From Eledone cirrhosa (Eukaryota): a DNA stretch of 64,000 nucleotides. Of the stretch, positions 11,526 through 26,366 are shown one piece after another (within the stretch, counting starts at the first letter, position 1; every line of letters begins with the position of its first letter). The stretch lies in the NCBI GenBank assembly GCA_964016885.1, contig OZ024741.1, positions 303,862,001 to 303,926,000 of the forward strand, read 5' to 3'. The position numbers and the translations under genes were made by a program. The notes beneath the pieces are model-generated. The model was not told the origin of the DNA. It was given only the letters and a program-made list of their open reading frames with translations, and searched no databases.

Positions 11526-11669
11526 ATAAAACCTTTTATAACAAACTTTAAAATATTAAAAATATCTTTTAACAAATTTTAAAAACTTCCTCGAAAAATG
11601 TTTCCTTCTCGTGATATATATTTATATATATGCATACATATGTCTGTGTATGCATGTGCTTGTGTTTAT

Positions 11670-11745
<76 letters not shown>

Positions 11746-11754
11746 ATGCATGCA

Positions 11755-11800
<46 letters not shown>

Positions 11801-12349
11801 TGCATGTACATATATATATAAATCATTATGTGTAGTTTTTATCTTACTCCTTTTGTTTTGGTTTTGCTGTGTTCTTTTTTATTTATGTTACTCTTAGTGT
11901 TTGTTATTGTAATATTTAGTTTGTTAATTGGTTGATTTCATTGTATGGCTTGATGGGAAGGGAGGAAACAAACGATAAAGGTCATTCTGGTATCGTCTGC
12001 TTTCATTTCAATGTTTTTTATGTCAATTTTGTTGTTCATTTTCTCCTTGTTTCTATTCCAACAGGTGTAACTAAAATGGCTGCTTTTTAAAACAAATGTT
12101 TATTCATAAAATACTGATTGGAAATGACGTAATTTATTGTCTGTTCAATATAGATAAAGGAGTTTTTTTTTTAATGAAAAAACTAACATAAGGTATTAAA
12201 TAAACATACAACAGAAATAAATAAAAATAGATAGATAGATATAAGTAAAACAGGAATACATATATGTGTGTGTGTATATATATATATAAATATACACATA
12301 TGCACACATACACACACACACATACATACATATATATATATATATATAT

Positions 12350-13599
12350 CCTTCTACGGTTAGCTTTCCTCTTTGTTGTTATCTTGTTTCACTCGCTTTA
12401 CGCGTTTTAATTGTCCTAATAACTTAATTTAGTTATTATTGCACCGACGTGAGGTATATGATTTTTAATGCAATGAAATATCTATGATCGTCGGCAAATC
12501 ACTGATGAGGGACTTATTTTATTACATGTTATCCATGTGCAACCAGCAGTATTCTTCTCCCCATTTTTTCACATATATTTACCTAAACTGCGATTCTGTT
12601 ATTTTCTCTCTCTCTCTCTTACTGCTCTCTCGTTCTCTCTGTTTCTCCTACTTTCTTTCGCTCCCTCTGTCATGTCAGTTAACTCTTCCTCACACTTCCA
12701 CTCACTCACTCACTGTTTCTCCTCTTCTCACTTCACCCCGTTCGCGACAAAATCATTTTCTCTCTTTCTCACATTTGAATTCGCTCCTGAAAGGTCTTTT
12801 TTCTAAGCGCTCATATATTCACCTAGCTTATGCTAACAGAATAACTATGAAGCTTGTTCCCTTCCTTCTACGGTTAGCTTTCCTCTTTGTTGTTATCTTG
12901 TTTCACTCGCTTTACGCGTTTTAATTGTCCTAATAACTTAATTTAGTTATTATTGCACCGACGTAAGGTATATGATTTTTAATGCAATGAAATATCTATG
13001 ATCGTCGGCAAATCACTGATGAGGGATTTATTTTATTACATGTTATCCATGTGCAACCAGCAGTATTCTTCTCCCCATTTTTTCACATATATTTACCTAA
13101 ACTGCGATTCTGTTATTTTCTCTCTCTCTCTCTTACTGCTCTCTCGTTCTCTCTGTTTCTCCTACTTTCTTTCGCCCCCTCTGTCATGTCAGTTAACTCT
13201 TCCTCACACTTCCACTCACTCACTCACTGTTTCTCCTCTTCTCACTTCACCCCGTTCGCGACAAAATCATTTTCTCTCTTTCTCACATTTGAATTCGCTC
13301 CTGAAAGGTCTTTTTTCTAAGCGCTCATATATTCACCTAGCTTATGCTAACAGAATAACTATGAAGCTTGTTCCCTTCCTTCTACGGTTAGCTTTCCTCT
13401 TTGTTGTTATCTTGTTTCACTCGCTTTACGCGTTTTAATTGTCCTAATAACTTAATTTAGTTATTATTGCACCGACGTGAGGTATATGATTTTTAATGCA
13501 ATGAAATATCTATGATCGTCGGCAAATCACTGATGAGGGACTTATTTTATTACATGTTATCCATGTGCAACCAGCAGTATTCTTCTCCCCATTTTTTCA
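12350..13599. repeat. 514-bp tandem repeat, 2.4 near-identical units, flanked by (TA)n
   Basis: Unit starts at 12350, 12864 and 13378; very few differences between units. Confidence 0.95.
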
Positions 13600-13731
13600 T
13601 ATATATATATATATATATATATACAAATCAGGATGGATTCAGTAAGAAACTGGTTTTACCATTACTCACCAGAGTACTCGAAACTAGCTGTTGAAACGGC
13701 AAGAGCTCAACCGTCGGGGTCCTGACTCTTT

Positions 13732-15660
13732 CACCGTGTAACAAAAAAAAATGTTTCTCTGTCCTGGCTTGTAATCACTTTTTTGTGTTGCTTAGATCCC
13801 AAATAAATATTAAAAAAGGTGCTATTAAACAGTTAAAAGTTTGGGTTTGTAAAAATTCTAAGCTATTCATTAGAATTATTTGTATGCTAGATTTTACGTT
13901 GTATGTAAGTTTAATTTTCGTATGTTAAATGATATTTTTATTTATGTTTCAGGTTAAATTAAAATTATAAAATAAAGATTAATACCTAAAGAAAATTATA
14001 AAAGTGCAATAAAGTATAAAATTGTTAAAAAGTGGATTAAAGAGATTTATTGATACTGGATTTTCGCACCCTGAATAAAGGGTAAGTTGTGTTTTAAGCA
14101 TTCGTCTCCAGGATGAAGCAGTGGAACTTGGTCAAGGAGGAAGTGCAGGTGACAAGTCAGAGAAGTCGACACGAACCTTTCTCAGGCTTTTACACTCTTA
14201 GGGATGGCCTCTGCTTCTGCCTTGACGTGCCTGGACTGTTTGACGTTATTGGGGTGCCGTTTGTGCCCAAGGAGTGGTGGCTATTTATAGACAGCTCCAC
14301 CACAAGTTTGAAGGCTGTCCTCCTCCACAATGGAAACAAGTTCCCGACACTGCCCCTAGCTCATTCAGTCTGCCTGAAGGAAGATTACTACAGTGTGAAA
14401 GTCCTCTTGGAAGCTCTGCAATACAACCAGTACAATTGGGAAATCATTGGAGACTTCAAGATGGTGGCTTTCCTGCTTGGACTCCAAGGAGGCTTTATCA
14501 AATTCCAATGCTTCCTCTGCCTTTGGGACAGCAGAGCCACCTATGACCACTACAAAAGAAAGAACTGGTAACAGCGAACAGAATTTGAAGTTGGGACCCG
14601 GAACGTCATGTGGGAGCCAATGGTTGATCCCAGGATTGTGCTCATGCCGCCACTGCACATTAAGTTGGGGTTGATGAAGCAGTTTGTGCAGGCTCTCAAC
14701 CAAGAATCAGTCGCTTTTAAGTATCTTCTTGAGTTCTTCCCCAAGTTATCTGAGGCCAAAATCAAAGGTGGAATTTTTGTTGGACCTCAGATAAAGAAGG
14801 TGTTTTAGTCTACCGAGTTCTCCAAAAAGCTCAATAGGATTGAGAGAACAGCATGGAACTTTTTCAAGGCAGTTGTTAAGGGTTTCCTGGGCAACTACAG
14901 AGCTGAAAACTACCAGTAACTGGTGCAGGATCTGATAAAGGCTTTTGGCGCCATGGGATGCAGGATATCGCTTAAACTCCATATGCTGGACGCTCACCTG
15001 GAAAAATTCAAGGACAATATGGGCGCCTACTCAGAAGAACAAGGCGAACGATTCCACCAAGATGTAAAAGAGATAGAGCGGAGGTACCAGGGCCACTACA
15101 ATGAAAAAATGATGGGGGACTATATCTGGGATCTAGTGCGGGAATGCAACCTGAACTACAACCGCAAATCCAGGAAATCCAGTCATTTATGACGTGTATA
15201 AGTTGCTTTATAAGTGTTATTTGTTTTTACTTGTTTGCTTTTGATAAGCTTGTGTAATAAAATAAATATATACTCTGTTGATTTAATTATATGAACTAAT
15301 AATTTTTTTTTAAATGTGTTTTTTCTTGAAAAATATGAAAATTTCGAAATATCAAACTCCTGACCACAAACCCAAACTTCTGATTAAATAATAGTGTTCT
15401 TTTATAATAATTGTTTCTACTTTAGGCACAAGGCCAGCAATTACGCAGTGCATTACTGGTACTTTATTTATCGACCCCGTAAGGATGAAAGGCAAAGTCA
15501 ACCTCGGCGGGATTTGAACTCAGATCGTAAAGGGACGTAACTATGCTGGAAAGCATGGCGTCCGACCCTCTACCGATACTGCCAATCTTTATAATAATGG
15601 GATATAACAAACCATGAAATGACACTTAGAACCGGGGAACAAAAAATATGTTACACGGTG
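13732..15660 (+). mobile_element. Chapaev3-type (CMC) DNA transposon, internally deleted, with transposase pseudogene
   Basis: TIR CACCGTGTAACA / TGTTACACGGTG; motifs LFIDSS, GDFKMV..GLQGG..CFLCLWDSR, PPLHIKLGLMKQFV, EEQGERFHQD; in-frame stops; flanks TTT/TTA. Confidence 0.88.
15412..15587 (-). mobile_element. SINE family A inserted in Chapaev copy 1
   Basis: TSD TTTATAATAAT at 15401-15411 and 15588-15598; absent from Chapaev copy 2. Confidence 0.9.
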
Positions 15661-15679
15661 TTATTAATCCATAGTCTCA

Positions 15680-17050
15680 CGATTTGGTCGGCTATGCCCC
15701 GACCGGTACGAAACCTACACTCATCATCAACTAGCTTGGACTGGACAGTATCCCTACATCTCTTTGCCAGACACTTAGTATAGACTTTACCGGGGAGGCT
15801 CAACAAGGGGATCTCTCTACAATTGGAACAATCTATCTTGCCTCCCTTTTTAAAAATTGGGAATATCTCTCCTGATTGCCATTCTTTGGGGGCCTTTCCA
15901 AAGATTCAGGCTACTCGGCACACACGAGTCAGCCGGAGAATACCTTCTCTATTTAAGGCTTTTAACATCTCGGGCCTGATTTCAATCTCCCCAGCGGCTT
16001 CACAGCATTCGAACTCTTTAACTGATCTTGTGACCTCAGCCTCCGAGAGATTAGTCACCGCTCCCAGATGCACTTCATGTACATCAGATGTGATCGGGTT
16101 TAGAAAATCAGCTCAGTATTCTCTCCACCTCGCGTGGATTAATCTCAGTCGCGTTCCTGATAGCAGGTATGGAGAGGGACTTCTTGTCGCCCTGTGGTCT
16201 CTATACAAATGCCCGAGAATTTGTGTTCAGATAAATGGTACTAAATCAAAACCATTTAATATGGGTGTCGGCCTCCGCCAAGGGTGAATACTGTCGCATC
16301 TTCTGTTCATAATGTTCATGGTATCGCGAATGGTCAGTGTAGGATCTGTCAGTTGGAATTTGCAGACAACATAATATGACTTAACTCGTCCGACATGCAT
16401 GTAATAGATTTGATGCTGAGTGCAGCACGGGGGACTGAAAATCAGTGCTGCGAAGACTGAGACACTCGTCCTCTGAAGAAAGCCTGTGCAACATACTCTA
16501 AATGTGCATGAAGTTCAAGTATCTCGGGGTCGTGTTCACGAGTGTTGAGTGGTCAGAGGCTGAATTAAGTACAAGAATTGCAGGAGCTCGTGCAGTAATA
16601 CGCCAGCTTCATTATTCGGTAATCAGAGGAATGGAGATCTGTGTAAAAGCCAAACTCGCTATTTTCAATTCGGTATTCGAGCCAACCCATAAATATGTTC
16701 ATGAATCTTGGGGAATGACTGAAAGAATACAATCGCGAATAAAATCGGCTGAAATGAGTTTACTCCGAAGGGTCTTTGGAGTAACGTTACTCGATAGTGA
16801 GATCAAAGAGTATCTCCAGGTAGAGCCACTAGTTCTCCAAATTACGAGATTGCAGCTCTGATACTATGGGCATGTGGTTAGAATATCTCAGGAAAGAATA
16901 GCTGGGCAGATTTTACATCCATGAGTTCGGCTGGTCTCGCTTGGATATACGGCCGGATAAATTGGAGACGGTTGCTTCTGATAGGATCCACTGGAAGATG
17001 TGTTTGAGGACTCTACCACTAGGACCCTCTCAGAAACATGAGAGAAAAGA
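15680..17050 (+). mobile_element. RTE-clade (Rex3/Expander-like) LINE with inverted 5' part
   Basis: 15680-16190 on minus encodes PIFKKG..LLSLPGKVY..RGIADQI; 16180-17050 on plus encodes GVGLRQG, FKYLG, AEMSLLRR. Confidence 0.85.
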
Positions 17051-17594
17051 ACAAGTTGTACTATTTTTTCAGCAAAGCAGAGAATTCCACTAGCCGCGAA
17101 AAGCTAATTCGTGTCTGCTGGCTTCGTTCAGATATATTTATATATCCATATCTTTGTCCACATGCCCGAATGAAGGGTCAATTTAAAAGTGCCTCTTCCA
17201 ATATACTGTGGTAGCCATAACAGGACCCTTACACCAATGGTAGCACATGCATATTAAGTGTATGAAACTTTCTTTATACTAAGTAAGCTCTTTTCCAACA
17301 GATTGACCACAGTTTTCCTTGATCTTTCATTTACGGATTTCTACCCACATACACACACGCACACGCACGCACGCACACACACACACACACACACATACAG
17401 ACACACATATATAGAGAGAGAGAGAAAGAAGGGGGGTCCATGTGTATGTATGTACATGTATATAAGTGTGTGTTCGTTTAAGTCTGTATTTGTGTAAGGG
17501 ATACAAATATTCAACCAAAAGAGCAGACCGTATGGTGTTTTCGTTGGTGCGTTGAGTATACCATGGTTAAAAGATATATTTCACCCACTGCAAA

Positions 17595-19080
<1,486 letters not shown>

Positions 19081-19291
19081 TAACCTACTAGAACACACTA
19101 CTTGATGTCATCTTCCCACCTATGCTGTGGTCCTTTACTAAGCCAGACACCCAATGTCTTTGGTGTTAAGTAGCCGTGTTATCTAACATAGGGGACAGTT
19201 GAAAGAAGAAAACCCTACGCTTGACCGAATTACTGGCCCCTATTTGTAGCATCGCAACCCAAGCCAACACCACCTTCACTGCTATTTTCTC

Positions 19292-19343
<52 letters not shown>

Positions 19344-19388
19344 CACAAGTGTATACATATATACAAACACTTACACACGCACACAACG

Positions 19389-19433
<45 letters not shown>

Positions 19434-19473
19434 ATACATAGGTGTGTATATATACATATATACACTTACATAA

Positions 19474-19512
<39 letters not shown>

Positions 19513-19992
19513 AACAATAACATCAACAGTAACTTAATAATAAGCCATGTGTATTCACATATATATATATATGTACATATATATAGATATATATGTCTGT
19601 AACTGTTTAGAATTTACACACACACACACACACACACACAAACATACACAGCCATACACGCAATGCGCTTCCTATGTCAGCCATGTTACTACAATTTGAA
19701 TTTCACTTTCTAAACACAATGTCCTGGTTTCAAACCTCTACATTTGTACCAGTAAATATTTATTTAAAATGTTGATACATTTAATGCTGTGTCATATGTA
19801 CCTATATACTGAACATTTAAGTAATGTTGTAGTCGAAGTAAATTATTAAAATATCATTTTTATTTTTGATCACTTCCACGGATCAGTAATCAACACAAAC
19901 TATAGGGTTTCTCTTATGCAAGCCATTAATCTATTCAAACGCAAACTTTCCATTTTGTATGATTGTTCGAATATACCAGTAATCCTCGTATA

Positions 19993-20320
19993 CAGTGTAC
20001 CCACGACATTCGCGGTTCCAGTTATTCGCGGAATTTTCCTAAGAGCCAAACTAATAATTGTTTGTGGAAACCACAGTATATTCGCGGAATCGTAAATATC
20101 TTCTGCTAATTTTTATGGCTTTTTTCGTGTTAATATATATATATATTTTCACGCTTTTAAGGCTAAATTATTAATAACAATATACTGTATTTGCCGGCCT
20201 ATATTTTACCTAGTTTTGACATTTATAGGCATTTTTATGGACCACCTCCAATATTCGCGTTTTTTTACTTTTCGCGGGTGCTCTAGAAACGTAATCCCCG
20301 CGAATGCCGGGGGACAACTG
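19993..20320. mobile_element. Tigger/pogo-like MITE
   Basis: TA|CAGTGTACCCACGACATTCGCGG ... CCGCGAATGCCGGGGGACAACTG|TA. Confidence 0.8.
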
Positions 20321-20789
20321 TATATGGCATACCAATCCAGGACTCTAAAAATGAAATACATTCAATGCTATGGCTGTAATTATTGATAACATTGTCTACT
20401 AGAATAGTAAAAATAATATTGTTGGTGATAATGGTATTTTTCAAAATGGCATTGATAATGATGATGGTAAGGAAACTGAAGATGATGAAGTGGGGGAGAA
20501 AGCGGGTGAATGTAACCGCAGTGGTGGTAATAATTGTTTCTACTTTTGGCACAAGGCCAGCGATGATTAAATTGACCCCTGAACGTTACTGCTACTTTAT
20601 TTTATCGACCCCGTAAGTGAGTCTTGTACTCAGAAGGTAAAAAGAAGAAATACTTCAAAGCTTTTCTTCCAATGCTCAACAGCTCATCTACCGCCGTTGA
20701 TGATAAATTATAAGTATTTCTAACATAGACACAAGGCCTCAAATTCGGAAGAAGGGTATATTTAGTTGTATCCTTTTTCCATTTGTTTA

Positions 20790-21995
20790 AACTTAGCACA
20801 TGTCGGGAATGGAGGTGGATGGAAGTGCTGTTTAGGAAAGGCCTGAATATCGAGGAAATAACAATCTTCCTGGACCCGGACAGTAAGTTGGTGGACCTGG
20901 ACAAACGGCATAGGGTCATCTAGGTTGTATATAGATAGTTTTTCCTTAGGTCAGCAGATAAGGAGAGTAAAGGTTGTCCACCTCTACAGGCGGTCGCCTA
21001 TTCAGAGCTGTATGGTCGACCTAGATAGAACTTGTAGGCTCGGGCCTCGTTACTGGAAATTTAACACTTCATTCCCGGCGCGTAAAGCCTACAGGGGCCG
21101 GGGCACCACTTTAGTTAAATGTAATTTTACAGGAGGGTCGCCAACAACAAGTGGTGGGGTGCTCTCAAGAGAGAGATTAGAATAGTTTCACTAGGTTTTA
21201 GTAAAGAAGTTTCGTTAGAAAAAAATGAGGAGGAATTGGTAGCTAAATTAGAAGCGACAATTAGAAGTGGTATTGCAATTGATATGCTAGCCGCGAGAAT
21301 ATCATTAGACCATTTCTTCAATGAAACGCGAAGGCTGCATTGTCAGAGCTAAGGCGCGTGCCCTAAGAAACGAGGGGATGAAAACTGTTCAATGAGCACG
21401 TTTGGCGGAGTCGCAGCGTCGAAACTAAACCACAATTCGGTTTTGACGGACCGAGACGAACGAGTGCTGAACGATTCCATGCAGATGTGTGCGGCCTTTC
21501 GCTAGCACTATGCTCGACTGTTCGGGGGAAACGGAGGGCTGGAGACGGTGGCGAACTTTAGTTCCTACCTCCACGGCCTCCCACAATTTTTACCAGCCGG
21601 TGCTGAGTGCTGCGAAAGGCCGATAACACCAGCCGAGATTCAGCATGCCCTGGTCGGCTGCACGAGGTGCAAGTCACTCGGTTTGGATGGTCTGCCCTAC
21701 GAGTTTTACGTAGTTATGCCAGACTTGTTCTCCGATTTCCCCGAAGCGGTCTACGGCATCTGCTCAGTGGTTAAAGTAAATGGTCACCTTTCAAAACCAT
21801 TTCAGATCACGCGCTCGGTTCGTCGAGAGTGCCCTCTCTCCTCCCTTCTATACGTATTGACTCTCGAGCCTTTACTGCGGAAGCTGGAGCTGTTGCAGGG
21901 CATCCCGCCGGAACCGGGATGTGGCCGGGCTGCATCGACATATGTGGACGACATCACTGTGATGGTGTCGAACACCTCGGAAATCAGTTGATATA
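20790..21995 (+). mobile_element. Decayed Tx1/L1-clade LINE ORF2 fragment (EN end, linker, RT with internal deletion)
   Basis: GPRYWKFNTS, KSLGLDGLPYEFY, CPLSSLLYVLTLEPLL, YVDD; homologous to 60403-61784 but the RT core segment is missing. Confidence 0.85.
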
Positions 21996-22164
21996 TTGAC
22001 AGTTCCCAACCCAAAATGTCTTAGTCTGTATTTATGTTAGAAATTATTATTACGATATCAGTGGGTTTCAGAATGAAAAAAAAAAATAACACAATAAATG
22101 TCTGTAGTTTTTAGTTACCTTCGTTTACTTTCTGAAAAAGGTGGGGAAGGATTATGGCTTAAAA

Positions 22165-22378
22165 TGGTTTCTGATTTAGGCACAAGGTCAACAATTTTGG
22201 AGGAGGGGCAAGTCGATTAAATCGACCCTAGTACGTTACTTGATACTTCATTTTATCGACCCCGTAAGGATGAAAAGCAAAGCTAACCTCGGTGGGATTT
22301 GAACTCAGAACGTAAAGGAACGTAACTCTATGTCGTAAAACATGTCTGACGTTCCATAAATGCTGCCAACCCACCGTT
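22165..22378 (-). mobile_element. SINE family A
   Basis: ATCGACCCCGTAAGGATGAAA..GGATTTGAACTCAG motif. Confidence 0.8.
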
Positions 22379-22714
22379 TAATAAAAGAGGAAGGTCATGG
22401 CTTAATAATAGGAGGAAGATCAGCATATCTGATCTTTGCAGAGCCTCTAAGTGTTGGAGACCTTATCCACAGATGCTTACAATAAAGTGAACTCCAATAA
22501 AAGCACTCGAGTGACTAGGGGGTGGCTTTAAACCGGGTGACAGATTAAGTCTACTATCCATGAAAGTTGCAATCCTGCCACACCGCTTCTAATTGTTAGT
22601 CCCTAAATTGATAAATAAAACAAATATCTGTCAGATATATAGAAAAATCTTTTTTTAACAGACTTTAACGAAATTATATAATGTTTGCAATAAAAAAGAA
22701 GGAAGATTAATGAA

Positions 22715-23301
22715 TGTAATTGGGGTGCAACGAATTTTACATCACAGTCTGGGTTATATATTTCAGCTGTGCGACGCGAACAAAATGGCGAAAGCGTTGC
22801 CAGGGAGAACAGACAGCGACATCCGCTGCTTCAGCCACTCTACCTCGTGGAGCTCGTTCGTCTGGTGAGATTCTCTACTCCCATTTTTGTGGAAGAAAGC
22901 GGCAGTTCGGGGACTAGGTCACAAGTGGTCTCGGTGGCGACTGACACGAAAAGGAAACGGTTGGTTAAGTCTCGGTATTTGGAAATGTTCTGCTCCTCTA
23001 CGTTACGAGGTTAAAAGCTGCACCGCGTGGTGACGCAGACCTTAGATTTACCCCTTTCGAGCAGTAAAAGGGTTATCCCGTCTGAGCGCTTGCCATCACC
23101 ACGATCAAAGCCGGCAAGCTCCAGTTGTGATGGGAAATCGTCTGCGTCAAAGCTCTTTCTGATGACGCCGTGCCAGAGAACCGACCTGGATTGTGTCAGA
23201 TACTAAGATTTATTCAATTAACTATAACTCTCACTCATACTTTAATATTATTCAGTAAAACTTTAAGCGTCAAAATTGTGTAAAAGGAAACATCTACAAC
23301 A
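22715..23301 (+). other. GC-richer island, possibly a solo LTR or promoter-bearing element
   Basis: Begins TGTAA; TTATATAT then AAAATGGCG (YY1-like); structured core; AGTAAA near the end; ends CTACAACA; no TSD found. Confidence 0.3.
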
Positions 23302-23464
23302 AACAGTCTCGGATTTTAAACGATTTTAAAGAAAAACTATTGCACGAAAGTTGGCTATTAAGTGTGACAGTGCAATCCTTAACTCAGAGGGTTATTTTTA
23401 TTTCATGTCTGAGCACTCTGAGCTAGCAATAGAGGCTCTACGTGATCTCTTGACCTGCTATAGT

Positions 23465-23753
23465 GAACCTCCGTCGGTTCTGACAACGAGTGTTCAAGCT
23501 GTTTGATCAACGGAACAACAATCTCCTGAAATTATCATGCAAGTGGCTGAGTATTCCACCGATACGTGTATCTTTAACGAAATTCTAAGGGAGATTCAAT
23601 GTGACAGAGTGTGTGACCCTTTGAATTACAGATAAAATTCATTTTTCCAGCTTCGTAGACTACAGCAACGTCAAATAAAGTGACACAAGGGGAATCGAAT
23701 TCACAACGTTACGGTCCAGAGCCGAACACACTAACCATTAAGCTACGCGCCTT
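23465..23753 (-). mobile_element. tRNA/CORE-type SINE family C
   Basis: Minus-strand head GGCGCGTAGCTTAATGG..TTCGATTCC; same family at 39218-39527 and 29810-29950. Confidence 0.75.
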
Positions 23754-24900
23754 CTCCGACCTGCAGTCAAATAGAAGTCAAATCTCACCTAATATCACAC
23801 TCTACTGTTTAAAAAAGGAAAGGCATATTACATGATATGGTAGATTGGCAGAGTGAGCTATATCGACCTCAGTACTTGATTGATACCTTATTTATCGATC
23901 TTATACTAGCGATTTGAACGCAATATATAAAATTTCCCTATAGCATTTTGTTTAAAGTTCTGAAGATTTTGTTCATTCAAACACCTTGGATCGCAAGGAA
24001 TAATAATGGCTTCAAATTTAAACAGAAGTCCAGCAAAATTGTGGGTAGGAAAAAAATCGATTATATCGAACTAATGTTTGACTGGTTCTTTATTTTATCA
24101 ACTCCTGTAAGGATAGAAAGCAAAGTTGACTAAGAAAAGCTGTCACTAAATGTCTCAAAACATTTTGGCCGATGATCTAACGATTCTGCTAATCCACAAG
24201 CCTTGGGTCACAGAGGATAATTCATTCTTACATTGATACTGTACCTGTAATTTGTGGGGAGGTTAAAGTCGATTATATCAACCAAGTACTTTACTGATAC
24301 TTTATTTTATCGACACCTGAAAGAATGAAAGGCAAAATTGACCTCGGCGAGATTTGAACTCAGAAAAAAAAAGAGCTGCCATTAAATGCCGTTAAGCATT
24401 TTGTTCGTCGCTCTAACGATTCTACTAATCCACAAGCCTTGGATCACAACCGCAGCGAATGAATAATAGCAATACAACCTAGCGAGATAGAGATAGAGAG
24501 AAAGAGAGAGAGAGGGGGTGAAATATACAAACAAATTAAGAAGGTTTGCACGTGCATCGCGAAGCACTTCCGGCTAATCACTTAATTGTGCTCCGTTGAT
24601 TGACTAAAAAGGACGCGGAGAAGTGAGAGTCTTTAGTTGTGGTTTACACGGAGGAAACACGGAACGAGGTGGGAGGACAGGTGACCTACCTAACATCCTC
24701 CTTCCATTCTTTTAGTTCCGCTTCTCTTTTTTTTTTTCTGACTTTTGTTTGTTTGTTTGTTTGAGGGGAGGGGTTACTAATATTATTATTATTTTCCATT
24801 ATCATCACTATCGTAAACATCACTATCGTAAACATCATCTCCTACTTCTCTTCCTCTTCCTCCACCACTTCATGTTATGTCTACACTTCTTCCTCTCCTC

Positions 24901-25230
24901 CCCTCCTCCTCCTCCTCCTCCTCCTCCTCCTCCTCCTCCTCCTCTTCCTAGTCTGTATTTCTTCACTCGTTTCTCTTCTTTACTTTGTCTCCTTCACTTT
25001 CTCCTCTTTCTCATTCATATTTCCCTTCTTCTTCTTCTTCTTCTTTTACTACTACTACTACTACTGCCACTACCACCACCACTGCTACTACTACCACCAC
25101 CTTCACCACTACTGCTACTACTACTACTGCCACTACCACCACCACTGCTACTACTACCACCACCTTCACCACTACTGCTACTACTACTACTACCACCACT
25201 ACTACTACTACCACTACTATTACTACTACC

Positions 25231-25278
<48 letters not shown>

Positions 25279-25383
25279 GCCACCACTACCACTACTACTA
25301 CTACTACTACCACTACTATCACCACTACTACTACTACTACAACCACTACTACTACTACTACCACTACTATTACTACTACCACC

Positions 25384-25431
<48 letters not shown>

Positions 25432-25434
25432 GCC

Positions 25435-25466
<32 letters not shown>

Positions 25467-25531
25467 CACTACTACCACCACCACTACTACTACTACCACT
25501 ACTACCACCACTACTACTACCACTACTACTA

Positions 25532-25566
<35 letters not shown>

Positions 25567-25620
25567 GCCACCACCACCACCACCACTACTACTACTACTA
25601 CTACCACTACTACCACCACC

Positions 25621-25652
<32 letters not shown>

Positions 25653-25653
25653 C

Positions 25654-25691
<38 letters not shown>

Positions 25692-25755
25692 CACTACTAC
25701 CACCACCACCACCACTACTACTACTACTACTACCACTACTACCACCACCACCACC

Positions 25756-25814
<59 letters not shown>

Positions 25815-25815
25815 C

Positions 25816-25850
<35 letters not shown>

Positions 25851-25851
25851 C

Positions 25852-25883
<32 letters not shown>
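24901..25883. repeat. (CCT)n, (CTT)n and ~850-bp mixed (CTA/CCA)n trinucleotide tract
   Basis: Directly visible. Confidence 0.97.
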
Positions 25884-25884
<1 letters not shown>

Positions 25885-26204
25885 TATACGACACTGTTGG
25901 TTTAGTTCGTTTACACATTCCATTGGGATCGAGATGTAATCGGAACCATGAAAGTGTTTATAAGGAGGGAGAGGGTTGTTATTGAACCCCTAGCGCCTCC
26001 TACCTTTCTAGTTGAACAATAGGTGGGTATAATGGTACATGAATGGAAACGACAGAAATAAAGCGAATATAATGGAGGAGGAGGAGGAGAAGGATGAGTG
26101 GTGGAGAAGAGGAGGAGGGGCGGGGGGTAAAGCACAGATCAGAGCTAGCTAGATATTATGAGCTAAGTAGAGAGAATGTGAAGATATATATATATGTATG
26201 TACA

Positions 26205-26281
26205 CAGAGTGTCCCCCAAAATGTATACATACTTTGATTACAATGCTGTTGAATTGTGTATACATTTTTCGGGACACCCTG
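26205..26281. mobile_element. Tc1-like MITE
   Basis: CAGAGTGTCCC..AAAATGTATAC / GTATACATTTTTCGGGACACCCTG|TA; relatives at 31223 and 55352. Confidence 0.75.
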
Positions 26282-26333
26282 TATATTTGTGTGTGTGTGA
26301 GTGTGTGAGTGTGTGAGTGTATGAGTGCGTGTA

Positions 26334-26366
<33 letters not shown>

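Noticed and set aside
12484-13438. Duplicated 146-aa hydrophobic ORF
   Set aside because: It arises from a CT-rich tandem repeat unit and has no domain features.
23159-23210. CTGATGA followed by a hairpin
   Set aside because: No GAAA, and the core bases are themselves paired in the hairpin.
24749-25939. Long poly-T/L-P/S-G/V ORFs resembling a mucin
   Set aside because: A stop-free trinucleotide tract open in several frames on both strands, with no signal peptide or exon context.
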